Shown: positions 56,883-64,000 of the stretch, piece by piece | Layout of the letters: every line of letters begins with the position of its first letter | How positions within the stretch are numbered: position 1 is the first letter of the stretch | Sequence record: LR756501.1 | Direction: 5' to 3' (one strand) | Length of the DNA: 64,000 nucleotides | Translations under genes and position numbers: made by a program | The notes under the pieces: generated by a model | What the model was told of the DNA's origin: nothing | The model's input: the letters and a program-made list of their open reading frames with translations, nothing else | Databases searched by the model: none

Positions 56883-57122
56883 TTATTCGTTCCAGTTTTC
56901 TTCACCGTAGGGATCTATATCATTAAAAATTCGATTTGTTTTATGTTCTTCCATTATAGGTACATTTTCGTAATATTTCGAAAGATATTGATTATCATAC
57001 GTGTACCTGTTCCATTTAGCAGTCTTTGATATTTCTTCAGCTAGAATATATTCTAGTTGAGCAACAACGTCAACACTATGATAAGATCTCAGTTCTTCTA
57101 TATCTGCGACATTCCATATCAT
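56883..57122 (-). CDS. Mini-protein resembling the gp23 capsid central helix plus tag
   Basis: WNVADIEELRSYHSVDVVAQLEYILAEEISK; DPYGEENWNE. Confidence 0.6.
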   Translation of the reverse strand: MIWNVADIEELRSYHSVDVVAQLEYILAEEISKTAKWNRYTYDNQYLSKYYENVPIMEEHKTNRIFNDIDPYGEENWNE

Positions 57123-57403
57123 TCTGTCCAGTCCTCCTCACCGTAAGGATCATCGTGTTTATGTTTTTTCACAAGAATTCTATTTCTCCTTTTCTTCCAT
57201 AATTTAACAAAGAATTTCCAAATTGATTCTAAACCAAATTCCCAAAAAGCAGCGAAAATTAAAACTAATGCGACTAAAATGTTTAATGGTGAGAAGAATA
57301 AAAAAAATTCAAAAGTTTCCTGGTCACTATCATCCCACATAAAGAGTCTAAAAAATAGAATCAGTACTAACCAAGCTATTAAAAAACCTATAAGCCACCA
57401 CAT
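57119..57403 (-). CDS. Two-TM membrane protein plus tag
   Basis: Hydrophobic segments; DDPYGEEDWTE. Confidence 0.7.
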   Translation of the reverse strand: MWWLIGFLIAWLVLILFFRLFMWDDSDQETFEFFLFFSPLNILVALVLIFAAFWEFGLESIWKFFVKLWKKRRNRILVKKHKHDDPYGEEDWTE

Positions 57404-57405
57404 AT

Positions 57406-58836
57406 CTAGTTCTCCCAATTTTCTTCACCATAAGGATCTAAAGACTTGCGTTTATGATACTCCTCTGGGTTGGTTTCAAGTAATTTTAATTTATCTCTCA
57501 ATACATTATTCTCTTTCGTCGATTTATTAGATAATTCTAAATAGTGTATGAGTTCTTTTTGTATTTCATTCTTTTCATTTATAACTCTTCTTAAAGCCTC
57601 TTTAGTCTTCTTTAAATCTTCAACGATATAGTTTTTATTTTCTTCTATTTCTCTAGCTCTTCTTTCAAAGTAATCTTTATGAAACTTTGCTTCCTTGGTC
57701 CATTCGTCTTCCTTCACCCATTCTTTAGGCTCTTCTTGCCACCAATTACTATCTGGAATGTTCCATCTTTTCTTCTTTTGCTCGGATTCTAACTTATCTC
57801 TATAATCAGCGTATTTCTTCTTATTGAGCAACCATTCGTCCTCAGTTAAAGTGGGTGGAGCGTAAGCACGAGCGTTTTCCCAAGTTCTTCCTTCTTCGTA
57901 TAATTTACTATTATCCCTTTGAAAATCTTCGTACTTCTTCTTCTTCTCTTTCCACTCTTGATCATTCAATACTTTTATTTCACCATCATCACCTTTTTCG
58001 ATAGGAAGAATAGGATTTAGTGGTGCACCAGGAGGATTAAAACCTCTTTTTTTCATCACTTCGTTCCACTCTTTGTCTGTATAATGATCGTATTTATTTT
58101 TTAGTATATCATTATATTTTTTCCTACTATCCAGTAGATGCGGATCTTGATCCAATTTCCATAAAGGAATTTCTTGCTGTTCTGTATCTACACTTAATTT
58201 AATACCTTTTGGATATTTATGTTGAGATACCTGCCACGAGTAAGGTTTATATCCCTGCTCTTCTTCGTAAAATTTATCGTCTCTTCTATCTGGGTTGTTT
58301 CTGTTATATTCTGTTTGTTCAACAAATTCTCTATATCTCCTTTTATTTTCCTCGGGACTATCAGATGGAACGTAAATACCACTACTGAAATCTTCCTTTG
58401 GTTTTTGTACACTGGTGATAACAGGTTTTCTTAATTTCCTAGATATTTCTTTAATTTCGTCTAAATTTAATTCTTTACCGTCAACGTAATATTTATTTTC
58501 TTTCCTTGTAACTTTAGGATTCTGCAAAGAAAAATGAGTCTTACTCGAATGGACTTTATCACCGTTTTCATGCCATGCCTCTGATACTGGAACAAAAGGT
58601 TCTAATTTAGAAACTTCTTTCTCATATTCTTTATGTTCTTTTGCTACATCTTTTATAGACACAAATGGTTTCTTCGCTTGATTTTCTTTTGATGCCAATT
58701 CGTCTAAATCCTTCATGATCTCATCAGAACTAACAGGTTTAGAAGAAGAAACATCTTTATTTAAATGTAACGTTTCTTGCCACCATCTTACACCAGTCTC
58801 ATTTGGATCGTATTCACCGTCTTTATTTCTTGCCAT
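57406..58836 (-). CDS. Large charged low-complexity protein plus tag
   Basis: E/K/W-rich, coiled-coil C-terminus; LDPYGEENWEN. Confidence 0.75.
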   Translation of the reverse strand: MARNKDGEYDPNETGVRWWQETLHLNKDVSSSKPVSSDEIMKDLDELASKENQAKKPFVSIKDVAKEHKEYEKEVSKLEPFVPVSEAWHENGDKVHSSKTHFSLQNPKVTRKENKYYVDGKELNLDEIKEISRKLRKPVITSVQKPKEDFSSGIYVPSDSPEENKRRYREFVEQTEYNRNNPDRRDDKFYEEEQGYKPYSWQVSQHKYPKGIKLSVDTEQQEIPLWKLDQDPHLLDSRKKYNDILKNKYDHYTDKEWNEVMKKRGFNPPGAPLNPILPIEKGDDGEIKVLNDQEWKEKKKKYEDFQRDNSKLYEEGRTWENARAYAPPTLTEDEWLLNKKKYADYRDKLESEQKKKRWNIPDSNWWQEEPKEWVKEDEWTKEAKFHKDYFERRAREIEENKNYIVEDLKKTKEALRRVINEKNEIQKELIHYLELSNKSTKENNVLRDKLKLLETNPEEYHKRKSLDPYGEENWEN

Positions 58837-59350
58837 CACTTATATCTTTAATCTTCTTAACAATCTCAGCCTGTATAGTTTTAGTCAATTCATCTACCAT
58901 CATCTGTTCAAACTCTTTCATATGCTCTTCATACGTTTTCTTTTTCGTAGACTCTGGTGAGTTTGGAAAAGTCTTAGGTAAACTTATATCAATATCGTAA
59001 AATGCGCCCAACTCTACCAATTTTTTCCAATCATTCTCAGAAATAGAATGCCTGTATCTCTGTACGTAAAATACACACATTGAATTAGTTATCATTCCAT
59101 TTTCTAGAAGATAATCATTATTATTATTATCATCTTCATGTCCGCAATCAGTTGTGTGCCAACCCATCCAACCGTCTTCTTTGAAGAATTCTGGTTCGTC
59201 TATTTCTGAATAGTTTGCTGATCCACATTTAGCGTGATCTAATGCGTATTGCATCAACATTGTTAATTCGTCGTTGATAGGATCTCTTAACTTTTCTTCT
59301 TTCTTAGGTTCCATATATAGAAGAAACCTAGACGTATCATTTCTGTGCAT
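58823..59350 (-). CDS. Hypothetical protein
   Basis: Long ORF; C-terminal EFEQMMVDELTKTIQAEIV helix. Confidence 0.7.
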   Translation of the reverse strand: MHRNDTSRFLLYMEPKKEEKLRDPINDELTMLMQYALDHAKCGSANYSEIDEPEFFKEDGWMGWHTTDCGHEDDNNNNDYLLENGMITNSMCVFYVQRYRHSISENDWKKLVELGAFYDIDISLPKTFPNSPESTKKKTYEEHMKEFEQMMVDELTKTIQAEIVKKIKDISDGKK

Positions 59351-59519
59351 TTTTATCTTTTTTAAACCAACTTTTAAATTTTTCCCATGATATGGAATCT
59401 GGATTATCTTTCATATCGAACATTCCTAGACGAATTGCTAACACAAAGGCTGCACTCATCATCACGAAAACCATACAAAATATTATAAAACAATATAATA
59501 AAATAGCTAATGCCATCAT
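59337..59519 (-). CDS. Small membrane protein
   Basis: Hydrophobic N-terminus. Confidence 0.6.
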   Translation of the reverse strand: MMALAILLYCFIIFCMVFVMMSAAFVLAIRLGMFDMKDNPDSISWEKFKSWFKKDKNAQK

Positions 59520-60040
59520 AACGGTAGTTTTATAAGTTCAACATTATCAATAATATCTATACCTTTAGCCATAAGCTCTCTAGAAGCTTTCACTGCAACA
59601 CAATGATCACTCTGGTGTACAGAGTAATACAAAGAAAGTAAATATTTGGGATCTACAACTCTCCAACCCTTGACTACGATGGAGGGAACTTCTTTTTTGA
59701 ACATATCAATAACAATCTTTCTATCGTTATCTATTTTTTCGTAACGAATGAAAGTGTTGTTATCGTATTTGGTTTTCATTCTGTAAAAACCAATAGATTC
59801 AAGAGTTAATTGTACAGTGGTAAAATCTTGAGGCAACACAAAAATATCAATATCTTTGTGATCGTGAATATGTTTATATTCTTCGTGCACTGGGGATATG
59901 AAATGCCATGCCCATCCACCCGATAGAGTAATCCATTCCTTGATATTTTCAAGGACATCTATCTGTGTACTTATCCAATCTGCGTCGTATGTTTCACCAT
60001 ATCTCGCTGGATTATGTTTCTTAATTTTCTTTTTTTCCAT
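59516..60040 (-). CDS. Nucleotidyltransferase-fold protein
   Basis: LSGGWAW...HKDIDIFV (GG..DxD). Confidence 0.65.
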   Translation of the reverse strand: MEKKKIKKHNPARYGETYDADWISTQIDVLENIKEWITLSGGWAWHFISPVHEEYKHIHDHKDIDIFVLPQDFTTVQLTLESIGFYRMKTKYDNNTFIRYEKIDNDRKIVIDMFKKEVPSIVVKGWRVVDPKYLLSLYYSVHQSDHCVAVKASRELMAKGIDIIDNVELIKLPL

Positions 60041-60140
60041 TGTAATAATTCTTTGTAATCTTAATTAAAGGGGTTCCAGTCATTGCAAAAATACAAACAC
60101 CGAAAGCCAAAATTGTGAGGGGTACAGCCATCCATTCCAT
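60021..60140 (-). CDS. 39-aa membrane peptide (not in ORF track)
   Basis: MEWMAVPLTILAFGVCIFAMTG...; fills the gap. Confidence 0.6.
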   Translation of the reverse strand: MEWMAVPLTILAFGVCIFAMTGTPLIKITKNYYNGKKEN

Positions 60141-60159
60141 AGTGCGTTTTTTTAAATAT

Positions 60160-60465
60160 TTAATTTTTCTTCAATTCTCTTTTTCTGTTAATAATGATTT
60201 CTTCAGCTCTGTAAGCGTCTTGAATATTCATTTTCTTAACAACTATATCTTCACCACCGAAACTTGATATAATCAATGTTGTTCCCCAAAGAGATGTATC
60301 TACTTTCACTGCAGCGACATTGAGTATATCCATACTCATACTATCTTTATTCAAAAGACTTTTGTTTCTCTTACTGAATCTGATAATATCGTTATCTATC
60401 TCTAACACGTAAGGTGTAAAGATAGGTCCAAGACGAGTAATATCTGATGTGAATTTATAGTACAT
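60160..60465 (-). CDS. Possible bacterial PH-like domain protein
   Basis: All-beta pattern plus C-terminal helix. Confidence 0.45.
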   Translation of the reverse strand: MYYKFTSDITRLGPIFTPYVLEIDNDIIRFSKRNKSLLNKDSMSMDILNVAAVKVDTSLWGTTLIISSFGGEDIVVKKMNIQDAYRAEEIIINRKRELKKN

Positions 60466-60770
60466 TAGGTGAAGATTGTAAGGTTATTTTTTGTAGATAT
60501 AGCAGATAACTTATTAAAAAGATTTCTATATTTAACGTGATAACTTCCAGCTTGTGTCCAATCATCAATGAAAAAATCAATCCTATCAAAGATAACAACA
60601 GTGTTTTTAGCCCTATTCAAGACTTCAAACAACTTGTCGTTAGATTTATCTTTGAAAGAAATCATAGTAGTCTTATCGGACAATGGGTACATAACAGCCA
60701 TTGTCTCAATGATTAAAACGTCTTCGTCTTTAAAATGTTCAAGAAATTTGTTTACTTTTTCGTAATACAT
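60465..60770 (-). CDS. Hypothetical protein
   Basis: In-operon ORF; VVIFDRID segment. Confidence 0.6.
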   Translation of the reverse strand: MYYEKVNKFLEHFKDEDVLIIETMAVMYPLSDKTTMISFKDKSNDKLFEVLNRAKNTVVIFDRIDFFIDDWTQAGSYHVKYRNLFNKLSAISTKNNLTIFT

Positions 60771-60795
60771 AAATTATGATTTTATTTTTAACATA

Positions 60796-60803
60796 CAAAT
60801 ATA
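60796..60803 (-). promoter_or_regulatory. Bacteroidota-type -7 element TATATTTG
   Basis: Divergent intergenic region; near-copy of 7491-7521. Confidence 0.7.
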
Positions 60804-60883
60804 ATAATAAATTTTGGAATAAAAAATATATTGAAAAATAAACTTCTATCTAATTTTCATTTATATAAAAGAAAAGCTATACT

Positions 60884-61513
60884 ATGAAGATTTCCGTAAT
60901 AATGGCGAGTTTTCTCAATATGCCAGGAAGAGAAAAACTAGACGCTAAATTCAAAAGAGCTGTAACCTCCTTCCTTAAACAATCACACGAAGATAAAGAA
61001 CTTATTATCGTCGCCGACGGCTGCGAAAAAACAATGCAAATATACAACGATAATTTTACAAATTACGAAAATATTAAATTAATTCCAATCCCTAAGCAAC
61101 CACTATACTCGGGTGTTATGAGAAATATAGCCTACGAAGTAGCTGAAGGCGATATAGTTACATATCTTGACGCTGATGATGTTATTGGTAAGAATCATTT
61201 ACAGACTATTAAAGATCAATTTAATACAGATGAACTTGATTGGGTTTACTATAATGATTATATGACCTTAGATAAAGACTTTGGTAAGTTACACGTTAGG
61301 GTAGTTGAGCCAAGATATGCTTCCATTGGAACTAGCAGTATATCACACAAGAATCCTAATAAGATGAAGAACGGGGAGTGGTTGAAGTGGAAAGACGGTT
61401 ACGGGCACGATTTTTGTTTTGTGATGAAGTTGGCTTCGCTTGGAACTAAATTTAAGAAATTGGAAAAGATGCCAGAGTACATTGTTTGCCATTATATGGG
61501 AGCAGATTTTTAA
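60884..61513 (+). CDS. GT-A (GT2) glycosyltransferase
   Basis: KISVIMAS, IIVADG, YLDADD. Confidence 0.88.
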   Translation: MKISVIMASFLNMPGREKLDAKFKRAVTSFLKQSHEDKELIIVADGCEKTMQIYNDNFTNYENIKLIPIPKQPLYSGVMRNIAYEVAEGDIVTYLDADDVIGKNHLQTIKDQFNTDELDWVYYNDYMTLDKDFGKLHVRVVEPRYASIGTSSISHKNPNKMKNGEWLKWKDGYGHDFCFVMKLASLGTKFKKLEKMPEYIVCHYMGADF

Positions 61514-61528
61514 AAATAATATGAAGTT

Positions 61529-61909
61529 ATGAAAAGAAAAGATAGAGACGAAAGAATTTATTGTAGTGTGATGGATTACGACCAGTTCACTGGGTTTAGT
61601 GTACCAAATTCTATGAAACACGTTATTGATTTCATTAAAGAAACAACAGGCGACGATTTTATTGATTTGGTATTTGAAGATTACGATGAATATAGAGATT
61701 ACGAAGTAGAATGTGCTTCACAGGCTAGAGATGGTAGTGCTGGTACAGAAGATTTTGATACACCAGAAGAATTATGGAAAGAATATAATAGTACAATAAA
61801 TAAAAACGAAAAACTCAAAAAGTTTTTTGAAAGTATTTGTAAACCAGTAGTAGAAGAAAAGATATTGAATCCTGTTAGGGGTGGTGGATTAACTGGTTGG
61901 ACTTATTAA
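61529..61909 (+). CDS. Hypothetical acidic protein
   Basis: In-operon ORF. Confidence 0.65.
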   Translation: MKRKDRDERIYCSVMDYDQFTGFSVPNSMKHVIDFIKETTGDDFIDLVFEDYDEYRDYEVECASQARDGSAGTEDFDTPEELWKEYNSTINKNEKLKKFFESICKPVVEEKILNPVRGGGLTGWTY

Positions 61910-61937
61910 GGTTTATATATAAAATAAAAAGAATATT

Positions 61938-62273
61938 ATGTTATATAATGATTTTTATCAAGATCCACAAGACCCAAATACTAATTTACGTCCGTCAATG
62001 AGCGAATATAATTGGAATAAATGGCAACCAGTAATCGATTTTATTGGAATTACAGACACAGAAAAAAGAAACTGGTTGACTCAATATTTACAAAATTTAG
62101 AGGATAACGGTAATACAATTGATATACCAAAGAAATCAGCTTCGGACGCTAAACTAGATATTTTAGAAAGTGTTATCAGAATTTCAAATACCTCTAAAGT
62201 TAAAAACACTAATATAGAATTTAGTAACGATGATAACCTAGAGACAAGCAAAATCACAATTACAATAGAATGA
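61938..62273 (+). CDS. Protein with gp23 N-terminal-like segment
   Basis: NKWQPVIDFIGITDTEKRNWLTQYLQN. Confidence 0.5.
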   Translation: MLYNDFYQDPQDPNTNLRPSMSEYNWNKWQPVIDFIGITDTEKRNWLTQYLQNLEDNGNTIDIPKKSASDAKLDILESVIRISNTSKVKNTNIEFSNDDNLETSKITITIE

Positions 62274-62839
62274 CGGAAGTAACTGAAAATAGGGCTTATG
62301 TGAGAATAGATGCTGAAAAAGCTTTATCTAAGTGGGAGCCTATTATAAATGCTTTAAATGTATCTGATCCCGATATAAAAAGGATCATGGCAGATTACGC
62401 TGAGCACGACGGTACTATTGAAATTGGAGATAGAACTTTAGAACAAAAGCTTTATAGTTTATTACCAGTTTCTTTAAAGGTATTATCACAGTTAAATTTA
62501 AAGAATAAGAAAGTTGTTTTAGTGGACTCTACATATTGGATGAATAAAAATAGAACTGATTTAATAGATAAGATGTTAGATGAAGTAGATCCAATGAATG
62601 AACACAAGAAACAAATTAAAATAAATATTGATAGTGATCTATTGGTCACAATAGGAACTGAAAAGACTATAGATCATTGTGAATCAGCGTTAATGAATCA
62701 ATTAATCGTTATGATAAATAAAGAATTAGAAAATGGCACTACATTATATTTAACAAAAATGATTAGTTCTATCGATATTGAGCCAAATAGTTTTGGACCT
62801 AATAAAATGGTAATGACTTCTTATTATAACGTAGAATAA
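62270..62839 (+). CDS. Protein with gp23 N-terminal-like segment
   Basis: SKWEPIINALNVSD..KRIMADYAEH..LLPVSLKV. Confidence 0.5.
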   Translation: MTEVTENRAYVRIDAEKALSKWEPIINALNVSDPDIKRIMADYAEHDGTIEIGDRTLEQKLYSLLPVSLKVLSQLNLKNKKVVLVDSTYWMNKNRTDLIDKMLDEVDPMNEHKKQIKINIDSDLLVTIGTEKTIDHCESALMNQLIVMINKELENGTTLYLTKMISSIDIEPNSFGPNKMVMTSYYNVE

Positions 62840-62853
62840 AATAATTACATAAA

Positions 62854-63111
62854 ATGACAAGAGAAGAATCAATTGAAAGAGCAAACGCAACTATTAGGGG
62901 ACTAAGAAACGCCGCAGACGATATAGAACATTTCATGAAATTTTTAATAGATTTTGATGACGACATGGAAGGTCTAGGACCTTTAGATAATATTGGTGGC
63001 GACGAAAATTGTCAGGCGATTGGAATAGCATGCGAAGAAAATTCTAAAGTATTAAATATATTGTTTTATAGAAAATACGATCTATATACAAAGACAATGT
63101 TAAAAAAATAA
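62854..63111 (+). CDS. Hypothetical protein
   Basis: In-operon ORF. Confidence 0.6.
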   Translation: MTREESIERANATIRGLRNAADDIEHFMKFLIDFDDDMEGLGPLDNIGGDENCQAIGIACEENSKVLNILFYRKYDLYTKTMLKK

Positions 63112-63121
63112 TTGAAGTGAT

Positions 63122-63841
63122 ATGATCTATAGTTTTCCGAAATATTTACAACATATAAAAGAAGGTCTTATCAAAACTTATGATATAGATTTTGTTTTAG
63201 ATAAAAGTATTAGGGAGTTAGATGTTTTAAATGTTAAATATAAAATTGAAAAAAAAGTAAATAATACAATAAAACTAACAATTTACAATTTTAATAAAGT
63301 TTATATTAAACATTTATTTGGATTATTAAATAAAAATTTCACTAATTTGTTTGGTTGGTTTCCAACTTATATGTATATTACCAATTTATCCGGTATGAGC
63401 AATGCTATGAATTATGATGAAAATTATTTAAAAACAACATATGAATATCTAGATGAAGTATCTATTATATATGAATCTAAATTTGATATAGAGACAGAAA
63501 TACCGAATAAGTTATACCATATTTCTATTCAAGAATACATGAATAAAATATTATCTATTGGATTGGTACCAAAAACTAAAAATAAGAAATCTTCACACGG
63601 AGAAAGAATCTATGTTTGTAAAAGCGTCGAAGATTGTTTGTTTCTGGTCGAAAAAATGAAATTTTATTTCTTTAGTAAAGATAAAATAAATACAAATTGG
63701 ATAATTTATGAAATTGTTACAAAAGATTTGAATTTATTATTATATAATGATCCTAATTTTATAAATAAGGGTTATTATTTATTAGGAAATGTGCCTCCGG
63801 TGAATATAAAGGTAGTGTTAAAAGAAAAAAATAACCAATAA
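63122..63841 (+). CDS. CTS-like protein with possible ADP-ribosyltransferase/KptA-fold C-terminal domain
   Basis: PKYLQHIKEG; KLYHIS..KILSIGLVPK..ERIYVC. Confidence 0.5.
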   Translation: MIYSFPKYLQHIKEGLIKTYDIDFVLDKSIRELDVLNVKYKIEKKVNNTIKLTIYNFNKVYIKHLFGLLNKNFTNLFGWFPTYMYITNLSGMSNAMNYDENYLKTTYEYLDEVSIIYESKFDIETEIPNKLYHISIQEYMNKILSIGLVPKTKNKKSSHGERIYVCKSVEDCLFLVEKMKFYFFSKDKINTNWIIYEIVTKDLNLLLYNDPNFINKGYYLLGNVPPVNIKVVLKEKNNQ

Positions 63842-63845
63842 AACA

Positions 63846-64000
63846 ATGGCAAAGTTAACGAGTTTTAGCGATTTCGTAGGAGGTGATAAACCTTACTATA
63901 ATCAAACGAAACCTTATATCTATGTTATTAGATATATTATGGGCAAAGACGATTATATTGACGAACTCAAAGAGTATATTCTAAATTATAGAGACGAAGA
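63846..64000 (+). CDS. Partial CDS running off the window
   Basis: MAKLTSFSDFVGG..., open to end. Confidence 0.65.
   Translation, partial: MAKLTSFSDFVGGDKPYYNQTKPYIYVIRYIMGKDDYIDELKEYILNYRDE

Larger units (their letters stand above)
2650..57438. repeat. Dispersed 24-nt repeat encoding DPYGEExW (22 copies)
   Basis: 2650-2673, 2932-2955, 23562-23585, 30579-30602, 30654-30677, 32019-32042, 35220-35243, 42155-42178, 45369-45392, 45771-45794, 49128-49151, 49364-49387, 49871-49894, 50745-50768, 51163-51186, 51498-51521, 51890-51913, 52456-52479, 52741-52764, 56892-56915, 57128-57151, 57415-57438; always in frame. Confidence 0.97.
9196..61922. promoter_or_regulatory. Dispersed late-promoter-like motif TWATATATAV (about 18 sites)
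   Basis: e.g. 9196-9205(-), 18081-18090(-), 24230-24239(+), 25347-25356(+), 30133-30142(-), 32352-32361(-), 35938-35947(-), 37471-37480(-), 39835-39844(+), 41457-41466(+), 48277-48286(+), 61913-61922(+); oriented, a short distance before starts. Confidence 0.6.

Noticed and set aside
2650-57438. TAC used in 17 of 22 tags as evidence of DNA-level selection
   Set aside because: NAC codons before G-starting codons look common across the window by eye, so it is not diagnostic without a codon-pair count.
60086-60093. TATTTTTG promoter-like site and GC-richer stretch suggesting an ncRNA
   Set aside because: Both fall inside a 39-aa membrane ORF (60021-60140).
60465-60770. Helicase Walker-B-like fragment (VVIFDRID)
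   Set aside because: Too short and generic to support.
240-62649. Antisense ORFs in the track (e.g. 240-446, 15743-16453, 31927-32331, 45308-45640, 58219-58434)
   Set aside because: They lie opposite better-supported genes and have F/L/S/I-rich shadow composition.
1-64000. Stop-codon reassignment, as in some large phages
   Set aside because: Code 11 gives dense tiling, and TAA, TGA and TAG all end genes at sensible junctions (e.g. TAG at 57406, TGA at 31022).

Overview
AT-rich, densely coding 64 kb segment of a large T4-superfamily-like (jumbo/'huge') tailed phage, with one 21-nt assembly gap at 28536-28556. The host is probably a Bacteroidota: seven intergenic TAnnTTTG promoter elements, a phage rpsU (bS21) and mostly SD-less A-rich leaders point that way. 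Standard code 11 tiles the window well. Recognisable genes are an HNH nuclease, two DNA methyltransferases, a COOH-NH2 amidoligase plus class I GATase, a PiT/DUF47 phosphate pair, a DEDDh exonuclease, two metallophosphoesterases, an MbcA/ParS-type antitoxin, a PolA-like palm protein, RtcB, GT4 and GT2 glycosyltransferases, bS21, ThyA, and C39 and M14 peptidases. No tRNA, rRNA, CRISPR array or mobile element was seen. The main unexplained signal is an 8-residue motif, DPYGEExW, found 22 times in 20 otherwise largely unrelated ORFs, 16 times at the extreme C-terminus, with only synonymous variation at its fixed positions. In the 49-53 kb array and at 56.9 kb the tag is attached to short mosaic ORFs that look like isolated conserved pieces of phage core proteins (tail sheath, terminase, major capsid protein, PolB motif B, fibre repeats). 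About 20 proteins also carry a T4 capsid-targeting-like N-terminus (MxxYxxFINE), many behind a TWATATATAV late-promoter-like motif, and five proteins share a second motif, [VI][RK]W[YF]xxGx[LF]. All family calls are by motif recognition only; no searches were run.
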